Positions 43,886 to 50,207 of a DNA stretch of 50,207 bases are shown piece by piece. Under the pieces are notes generated by a model. The model was not told the origin of the DNA. It saw only the letters and a list, made by a program, of their open reading frames with translations, and did no database searches. How positions within the stretch are numbered: position 1 is the first letter of the stretch; each line of letters starts with the position of its first letter. A program made the translations under genes and the position numbers. The stretch comes from a virus (lineage: Duplodnaviria; Caudoviricetes). Location: the IMG/VR virus record IMGVR_UViG_3300005253_000377, positions 1 to 50,207 of that record; one strand, given 5' to 3'.

Positions 43886-44830
43886 ATGAGTGCAAATAGA
43901 GCAAATATTAACTGGCATTTAAGAAATTTGATAGGTGGAGATGAAGTTCCAAATCGAGGGGCGATTGGTTATGCTCCTGGTGCTCCATGTTTTAAAACGA
44001 CTGGTCGTATGCAACTTGGATTGTATATTAACCGAGGCACAAAAGAAAGTTGTGACTTTCGAGGTTTAAATGGACAGTCACCGCTACTTGCTGGTGGTGC
44101 AGAACAACTTCTCTACGAGGAAGATCTTACACAGAACTATGACATTGGTGCTAAAGAAGAACTTCCTGATGGTAGAGAATTTCGTTATTGTAAGTCTACT
44201 GGTGCTGGAATTATGCAGCCAAATATGGGTTGCAATTTTACTGACACTGGTTACATTTCGTATACATCTTTTGTTGTCTCGGCTGCTAAAGGTGACGTAG
44301 AGATAACTATCCCTGCTGATGCATCACACGCAATTTTAGCTAAAGATGCTCTAAGAGGTGGTTATGTCGTTATATTCGACGGCTCTGGGGTTAATGATGT
44401 GACACACGAGATAGTGGGGAATGATGCTTCAGCCGCCCTTGTTGCGTTCAAGGTTAGATTGGCTACACCACTTTCTGTGACAATCACAGCCGCCGATGCT
44501 TGTGAAGTTTATAGTAATCCCTGGAGTGCCATAGCACAATCTACTGCTGAAACGCTCCCCAAAGCTGGTGCTCCTATGTTTTCAGTTACTGCTGCGGCGA
44601 CCCATTTCTGGCTTCAAACAAAGGGTGCGAAGTTTATTAATCCCTATGGCACTATAGGTGCAGACAATGGTGGCATTGCGGTTTGCTGGAGACATGATGG
44701 CTCTATAGACAATACTGAAACTTCACGTGGTGATTCAGTTCCCACTTATAGCATGAACCAACCGGCTGGCGTTGTTATGGCTGGTAGTAAAGCTGGTAAT
44801 GGTCCATTGATTAATCTAACAGGCTTTTAA
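43886..44830 (+). CDS. Virion structural/cement-like protein
   Basis: DGREFRYCK and FWLQTKG motifs, AAGGAG RBS. Confidence 0.5.
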   Translation: MSANRANINWHLRNLIGGDEVPNRGAIGYAPGAPCFKTTGRMQLGLYINRGTKESCDFRGLNGQSPLLAGGAEQLLYEEDLTQNYDIGAKEELPDGREFRYCKSTGAGIMQPNMGCNFTDTGYISYTSFVVSAAKGDVEITIPADASHAILAKDALRGGYVVIFDGSGVNDVTHEIVGNDASAALVAFKVRLATPLSVTITAADACEVYSNPWSAIAQSTAETLPKAGAPMFSVTAAATHFWLQTKGAKFINPYGTIGADNGGIAVCWRHDGSIDNTETSRGDSVPTYSMNQPAGVVMAGSKAGNGPLINLTGF

Positions 44831-44916
44831 AGATTATACCGAGCAGACGCTCAATTATAACCGGGGCCGGGAGTGGCCTTATACACTCCCGGTATACCCC
44901 CGGCTTGGAGAATATT

Positions 44917-45273
44917 ATGACACTTAAAAATTATGCAGTTGATAAAGCCATCAAAGTAACATATCAAACAGATGGTGCAAAATCTGGTTTAGTTGATGTA
45001 ACAATAGAAATTTTTGATGAAACTGGTGCGAAAGATCCGGTCGATTTTCCAGATATTGTTATGACTGAAATATTAACCTCTGGAAGATACGAAGGTACTT
45101 TTACACCGGATGCTCAGGGTGAGTGGATTATTATGATTTCTTATGGTACTGGAAAAGGCAAACTGGTAAAACAATATTCAGTAGGTGGTTTTAATCTTGA
45201 TGATGTTGGACAGATTGCCAATGCTATTGGAATACAAACATCAGGAATAGATAGCCCTGCAATGATCGGTTGA
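44917..45273 (+). CDS. Small Ig-like structural protein
   Basis: MTEI...GRYEGTFTPD..GEW. Confidence 0.5.
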   Translation: MTLKNYAVDKAIKVTYQTDGAKSGLVDVTIEIFDETGAKDPVDFPDIVMTEILTSGRYEGTFTPDAQGEWIIMISYGTGKGKLVKQYSVGGFNLDDVGQIANAIGIQTSGIDSPAMIG

Positions 45274-45277
45274 TAAA

Positions 45278-45544
45278 ATGCGTATCTTCTACAAAGCGAC
45301 AAACTTTGCTGAAGATATAGAAGTTACTGTATTTTTTGTTAGGCCAGATTTAGTACAAAGTGATACATATACTCTTATATATTGGGGCCAGGGATTGTAT
45401 TACTTAGATATTAGTTTTGTAAACGACGGTTCTTATTGTGGTAAATTCTTTGAGAACGGCGTTGCAAAAATTATTAAAACATTTAACACTGAACCTATGT
45501 ATGGGGCTGTAACCTATCGTGTTAAGGGCGTTACAGAAATTTAG
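45278..45544 (+). CDS. Small Ig-like structural protein
   Basis: GQGLYYLDISFVNDGSY, same layout as the preceding gene. Confidence 0.45.
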   Translation: MRIFYKATNFAEDIEVTVFFVRPDLVQSDTYTLIYWGQGLYYLDISFVNDGSYCGKFFENGVAKIIKTFNTEPMYGAVTYRVKGVTEI

Positions 45545-45553
45545 GAGAATGTT

Positions 45554-45757
45554 ATGGCTCGAAAGAAGATAGTCAAACCAACGCTCAAGGAAGCAAAAAG
45601 GATTAAAGCCAAGTTGCAACGTCAGTACCCGCAAATGTTTGAATATCCTGCTGCAAGTAGAGCGGCGGTTAAACATTTGTCTCCTGCTGATAGGGAAGCG
45701 ATCCTGGAAAAGACTACTGCTAAGAGATTGAAGAAAGCTTATAGGAGTAACAAATAA
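45554..45757 (+). CDS. Small basic hypothetical protein
   Basis: 67 aa, AGGAG RBS. Confidence 0.6.
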   Translation: MARKKIVKPTLKEAKRIKAKLQRQYPQMFEYPAASRAAVKHLSPADREAILEKTTAKRLKKAYRSNK

Positions 45758-45975
45758 TGATACTTGGATTCCCAGTAAAAGGATTATTTCTTGGCTTGCA
45801 GTCAAGTAAACAGATTCCAGATACGAGCAGAGATCTCAATAATGTAAGGCCACTTTTTGATGGCCGTTTCGTAGGTGGTCAGCGTCCAGGACTTGATAAA
45901 TGGGGTGCGGGTACGCAGGTCGGAGATGCGGAACAGCCTGTGGTTGCAATGTGTACTGTAAGCTCGGTGGTATAA
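45757..45975 (+). CDS. N-terminal piece of a tail nozzle / DNA-stabilisation protein
   Basis: FPVKG...DLNNVRP...GGQRPGL resembles the opening of podovirus nozzle proteins. Confidence 0.5.
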   Translation: MILGFPVKGLFLGLQSSKQIPDTSRDLNNVRPLFDGRFVGGQRPGLDKWGAGTQVGDAEQPVVAMCTVSSVV

Positions 45976-46968
45976 ATGACTATTAGTTGGGCAGAAACAC
46001 GACCAGCAGGTGATGCAAACAAAAACTGGAGGGGTGTTGCATCAGATTCAGATGGCTCTAATTTGATAGCAGCCGATTTCGGTGGAAGACTTTGGACTTC
46101 AGATGATTCAGGAGTGTCTTGGACGGAACGTCGACCAGTAGGTGATGTAAATAAAGATTGGTTATGCGTTGCGTCAGACTCAGATGGTTCTCATTTGATA
46201 GCAGGAATATATGGTGGGAGACTTTATACATCAGCTAATTCTGGAGTTGATTGGACAGAGCGGCAACCGGCGGGAGCAGTTGATATAAATTGGTTTAGTG
46301 GAGCATCAGACTCGGATGGATCTAATTTGATTGTTGGTGCATCTTCTGGGAGACTATATGTTTCTATTGATTCTGGAGCTAATTGGACAGAGGAACGACC
46401 AGCAGGTGATGCCTCTAAACAATGGATATGTGTAGCATCAAATTCAGATGGTTCTCGTTTGATAGCTGGAGCATACGCAGATAGATTATATATTACAGTA
46501 TCTTTACCTGGTAAACCAACAAACCCATCACCTACTGATACAGCGTCAAGTATTACATTAGATGAAACTCCGTTAAGCTGGGATGCTTCTAATCCTGCTG
46601 CTGATACTTATGAAGTTTACTTTCGTAAATCAGGGGATGCTTGGGGACTGGTCGGAGTAGCTCAAGCGGGTGTTTCGTGGGCTGTTTCTTTTGGTACACT
46701 GGCTTATGGAACTACTTACGAATGGAGAATAGATGCTACAAATGATGCTGGACCAACAACGGGAGATACTTGGTCGTTTGATACTATTAGTTTTGATCAA
46801 CCGCGAATAAGTTATAGACTTATAAGCGGTGGAAATGGTCGAGGGCCGTATGATAGTCCGCCGGGAGTGCAAGGAACAGATTGGGAATATACGGGTGAAA
46901 ACAATATGTTGACAGTCAGGAAATTAGTAGTGGCCGCTAATGATAAAATCTGGCATGAGAGTATATAA
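45976..46968 (+). CDS. BNR/Asp-box repeat + FN3-like virion protein
   Basis: Four repeats of about 44 aa (W.E.RPAG..NK.W..VASDSDGS.LIA...GRL.TS.DSG), then PTNPSP...YEWRIDA...WSF. Confidence 0.75.
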   Translation: MTISWAETRPAGDANKNWRGVASDSDGSNLIAADFGGRLWTSDDSGVSWTERRPVGDVNKDWLCVASDSDGSHLIAGIYGGRLYTSANSGVDWTERQPAGAVDINWFSGASDSDGSNLIVGASSGRLYVSIDSGANWTEERPAGDASKQWICVASNSDGSRLIAGAYADRLYITVSLPGKPTNPSPTDTASSITLDETPLSWDASNPAADTYEVYFRKSGDAWGLVGVAQAGVSWAVSFGTLAYGTTYEWRIDATNDAGPTTGDTWSFDTISFDQPRISYRLISGGNGRGPYDSPPGVQGTDWEYTGENNMLTVRKLVVAANDKIWHESI

Positions 46969-48866
46969 TGGCAGTAGATTTTGATGAATTGAAAAAAAGA
47001 GTGGCTATTAAACGGCTTGTAGTTGCAGGGAATGATGATATATATTACGAGGATTTAGACGTGAGTGCTGGAACGATGACAGAACTTGATACGAGTAGCG
47101 GGGCTATTGATACTTCTGATCAACTTATGATGTTCGAGGCTTATCAGAAAGTGTTTGTAGTGAATGGTGCTAATCTTAAAGTGGCAGATTTTGTTAATAC
47201 TAAAATAACTGTATCTGCTATGACCGCACCACCGGGGAAGGGTGACATTCTTACGCAAGCTCAAGGGGGTAGTGATAAAGCCTATATGGTTGTCGATTTT
47301 GTAAATTCTGATAAGACCCTAATATATGGTTACGCATATTATGGTGGTAGTGCTACAGCGTTTAACACTACTGTTGATATTTCAAGCAACAATGCAACCG
47401 CTACTATGAATCCAAGTCCAATTCCTCACGCTAATATTTCTGATATAGCGGGTTTTATAAATGCAAGGCTCACACATAGTGCGTTAGGTACGGCTCATGC
47501 CAGTGGAGATATATTAACCCAGGCAAACACTGGAGCTAAAATGACAGCGGGCCATACAAATACAGCCAAAACAGCAACCTATGGGGCTGTAACAACTGGA
47601 ACATTTAACACTACTGATCAAGTAACAGGAAGTGGTTCAGGTTCTGCTTTCACACCAACCGCTGTTAGATTACCCGGGCCGCATTGGTATGATTGGACTG
47701 TATCTCCTGATATAGTGCTTACTTCTGATGGTTCAACTAAGTCTTATGGTACTATGCCTAATAAACTATATCTTGGTTGTCTTTATAAAGGACGTGGAAT
47801 TGGTAGTGGAAATCCAGAACATCCCGAACAATGGTACATGACCAGACAGGGCAATCTTTATGATTTCGCTTATATTGCAAATGATACTGGTACTCCAGTA
47901 GCGGGTGGTAATGCTGATGCTGGTGAGTCCGGTGACATCGTGCGGGCGTTGATCCCCTATAAAGATGACTATTTAATCTTTGGTTGTGCAAGCACATTGT
48001 GGTATATAGTTGGTGATCCAGCTTACGGTGGAGATCTTCTTGAATTAGACCTTACCGCAGGGATTCTTGGGGCAAAAGCACATTGTTGGGACAATGCAGA
48101 GAACTTATATATTTTAGCAACTACTGGCCTACTTAAAATTCCAAAGGGATTCGGAGCACCAGAGAACCTTACTACATTATCTTATCCTAATTTTATTAAG
48201 GCGTTGGCTTATGATGCTGCACTTCATAGAATTACAATGGGGTATGATCGTATAAGACAAGGTATTGTTATTTCTAAGACTACATTAGCCGATGGAGTTA
48301 ACTCTTGTTGGTGGTATGATTTAAGAACTGATGGTTTATTTCCAGAATCGTATCCTAATCAATGTGGAATGTATTCAATGTTTTACTATGAAGCAAACGA
48401 TCCAGATTATAAAGAATTATTGTTTGGTTGTAAAGATGGTTATATTCGGACTGCTGATGATACAGCTAAGAGTGATGATATAGGCGACTCTGATGAGGCC
48501 ATAGATAGTTATTATACTCTTGGGCCAATAAGGATGGGGTCAGAAACCAGAGAGGGAGTTTTTACATCCTTACTTGGTGTCCCGGCTGGTGGCAGAACAG
48601 TTGGAAGTCTAACAAACTCAAGTGACATTGACTGGAAATTGTGGACAGCAGAAACAGCAGATGAACTCGTAGAGAAATTATTAGCGAATACCAGTCCGAA
48701 GATTGCCGGAACAATGGCAGCTTTGGGAAGTATACGCGGAGCACGCAAACGGCGTGATGTACGTGGGATGTATATGGGTATTCGTTTAGGGAATGATACA
48801 GCAGCCGAAACATGGAGCCTTGAACGGTTGCAGGTTAACATTAGGCAAGGCGGGAGGTTAAAGTAG
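46968..48866 (+). CDS. Tail nozzle (tail tubular B / stabilisation-like) protein, main part
   Basis: 632 aa with beta-propeller-like motifs, ends IRLGN...WSLE, TAATG-coupled. Confidence 0.6.
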   Translation: MAVDFDELKKRVAIKRLVVAGNDDIYYEDLDVSAGTMTELDTSSGAIDTSDQLMMFEAYQKVFVVNGANLKVADFVNTKITVSAMTAPPGKGDILTQAQGGSDKAYMVVDFVNSDKTLIYGYAYYGGSATAFNTTVDISSNNATATMNPSPIPHANISDIAGFINARLTHSALGTAHASGDILTQANTGAKMTAGHTNTAKTATYGAVTTGTFNTTDQVTGSGSGSAFTPTAVRLPGPHWYDWTVSPDIVLTSDGSTKSYGTMPNKLYLGCLYKGRGIGSGNPEHPEQWYMTRQGNLYDFAYIANDTGTPVAGGNADAGESGDIVRALIPYKDDYLIFGCASTLWYIVGDPAYGGDLLELDLTAGILGAKAHCWDNAENLYILATTGLLKIPKGFGAPENLTTLSYPNFIKALAYDAALHRITMGYDRIRQGIVISKTTLADGVNSCWWYDLRTDGLFPESYPNQCGMYSMFYYEANDPDYKELLFGCKDGYIRTADDTAKSDDIGDSDEAIDSYYTLGPIRMGSETREGVFTSLLGVPAGGRTVGSLTNSSDIDWKLWTAETADELVEKLLANTSPKIAGTMAALGSIRGARKRRDVRGMYMGIRLGNDTAAETWSLERLQVNIRQGGRLK

Positions 48867-48867
48867 A

Positions 48868-49677
48868 ATGGCGACTTATTATAGAGGTGGGCGGTCTATT
48901 ACTATTTCTGATCCCCGAAGTGAGGCTAATCTTCGTTCAGGTGGGTGGTCAACACAGCGTCCTTCTGCACCAAGAATAACTGGGCGTAGCGGTGGTGGCG
49001 GCATGGACCCGGCAGCACTTGAAGCTCTTACAAAAGCCAAAGCATATTATGAATCTGGTGGGGATTTTGGTAAGGGTGTCGAAGCGGGATTGGAACGTGA
49101 ACGAACGCAGGCTATGTCGTCAGGTATGCAGTCTCTTGTGGCTTCTGGTTTTGCAGGAACAACGATGGCTGCTGGACTTGGTAAGAAGTTTGCGGAAGAA
49201 GTTGGTATGCCGACGCGAGCAAGAATCGAAGAGACGAGGGCAGAACGATTGTCTGCTCTTGATGTATTAAAAGCACAATTAACGCAGGGAGCTTCTGAGT
49301 CAGCACAACAGAGAGCGTTACAAGAGTTCATAACTCGTATGAGTTCAGAGACATCATTAGCATTAGGTGGTATGCGTGGTGGTGGGGATGGTGCTCGGTC
49401 GCCCAGCATACAGTATGCACCGCAATCAAGAAACAGAACTGCTACGTTTACTGGTGGCGGGTTGCCATCTAATACTGGTGCGGGTGCGGCCATGTATGGT
49501 ATCGGTGATGACTCTGGTATGCCAACGATGGCCCCCTTTGGTGGAAATGTATATGGTTCACAAGAAGCTTTTGAACAGAATATTCCGGGACAGTATACAC
49601 CCTCTGCGATGGATGAATATTTGAAAACCTATGTTCCTAAGTCTGGTGATTTTAGCACTTTTTCTTGGGGGGCATAA
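48868..49677 (+). CDS. Putative internal virion/ejection protein
   Basis: Gly/Ala/Ser-rich with a helical core, follows the nozzle gene. Confidence 0.5.
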   Translation: MATYYRGGRSITISDPRSEANLRSGGWSTQRPSAPRITGRSGGGGMDPAALEALTKAKAYYESGGDFGKGVEAGLERERTQAMSSGMQSLVASGFAGTTMAAGLGKKFAEEVGMPTRARIEETRAERLSALDVLKAQLTQGASESAQQRALQEFITRMSSETSLALGGMRGGGDGARSPSIQYAPQSRNRTATFTGGGLPSNTGAGAAMYGIGDDSGMPTMAPFGGNVYGSQEAFEQNIPGQYTPSAMDEYLKTYVPKSGDFSTFSWGA

Positions 49678-50207
49678 TGGCCCAAACAGGTAAAATAATA
49701 CCAACTATTCCACCGAATGATCCTGAAGCTACAAGACGAGCTTTGCAAAAACTCGCTTCAGTGAAACTCGGACCTGGTGCAAGCCCTACGTTTGCAGGAC
49801 TGACACTTACTGATCTTACTGCGTCTGCTTTAGCTGGTACTAATGCCAGCAAACTGTTAGAGTCAGTGACAGTTGGAACTGGTCTTGACTATACCCGGCC
49901 AACTCTATCATTATCTCATCTTGGGATAGAAGACCTCACTGATCCTGATGCTGATAGGATTTTATTCTGGGATGATACTGCGTCTGCATCTAAATGGTTG
50001 GGTATGGGTGACTCCATAGTAATCACTGATGTCACTATTGACACCATTCAAGATATTAGAACATCAGCAAGCCCAACATTTGAGAAAGTTGGGGTTGGGA
50101 CGGCAACTATCCCTCATGGTGGGGTGGGATATGCAAAGCTCGCTATAGATGGGACAAGTTCAAATGCTGCGGGGCCTCATGTTCAGTTTACCATAACCTC
50201 AGACAAT
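49677..50207 (+). CDS. Tail fibre protein, N-terminal part (runs off the window end, not in the ORF track)
   Basis: 177 open codons from MAQTGKIIP, SPTFAGL and SPTF motifs, DPDADRILFWDD, ends GPHVQFTITSDN. Confidence 0.75.
   Translation, partial: MAQTGKIIPTIPPNDPEATRRALQKLASVKLGPGASPTFAGLTLTDLTASALAGTNASKLLESVTVGTGLDYTRPTLSLSHLGIEDLTDPDADRILFWDDTASASKWLGMGDSIVITDVTIDTIQDIRTSASPTFEKVGVGTATIPHGGVGYAKLAIDGTSSNAAGPHVQFTITSDN

Noticed and set aside
50164-50207. Diversity-generating retroelement TR/VR pair in the tail fibre
   Set aside because: Mismatches are not adenine-specific and no reverse transcriptase is present

Overview
The window looks like a near-complete, circularly permuted genome of a tailed dsDNA phage with podovirus-like architecture: no tape-measure or tail-tube genes, but adaptor, nozzle and ejection-type genes. 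The tail-fibre gene wraps across the window ends. The + strand arm (about 29.6 kb through the end and on to 6.5 kb) carries terminase, portal, scaffold, major capsid, decoration, tail and putative ejection proteins. The - strand arm (about 28.9 kb down to 6.5 kb) carries many small early genes, a nucleotide-metabolism cluster, a family A DNA polymerase, a Sak4-like/exonuclease/SSB recombination module and a TOPRIM-SF3 primase-helicase. The arms diverge from an AT-rich, origin-like region bracketed by 58-bp inverted repeats that each contain a sigma70-type promoter. The most unusual observations are: (1) the polymerase gene is split just before motif A by a fully protein-coding, translationally coupled cassette array (HNH nuclease, a 14-codon scar repeating both polymerase junction sequences, a Cys-rich ORF) with no room for an intron; (2) an analogous split of the tail nozzle gene; (3) several structured RNA candidates, including a two-copy conserved hairpin and a promoter-proximal long G-U-rich stem; (4) a (CA)22 microsatellite. 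No integrase, endolysin, tRNA, CRISPR array or reverse transcriptase was recognised. All product calls come from motifs read by eye, not database searches.
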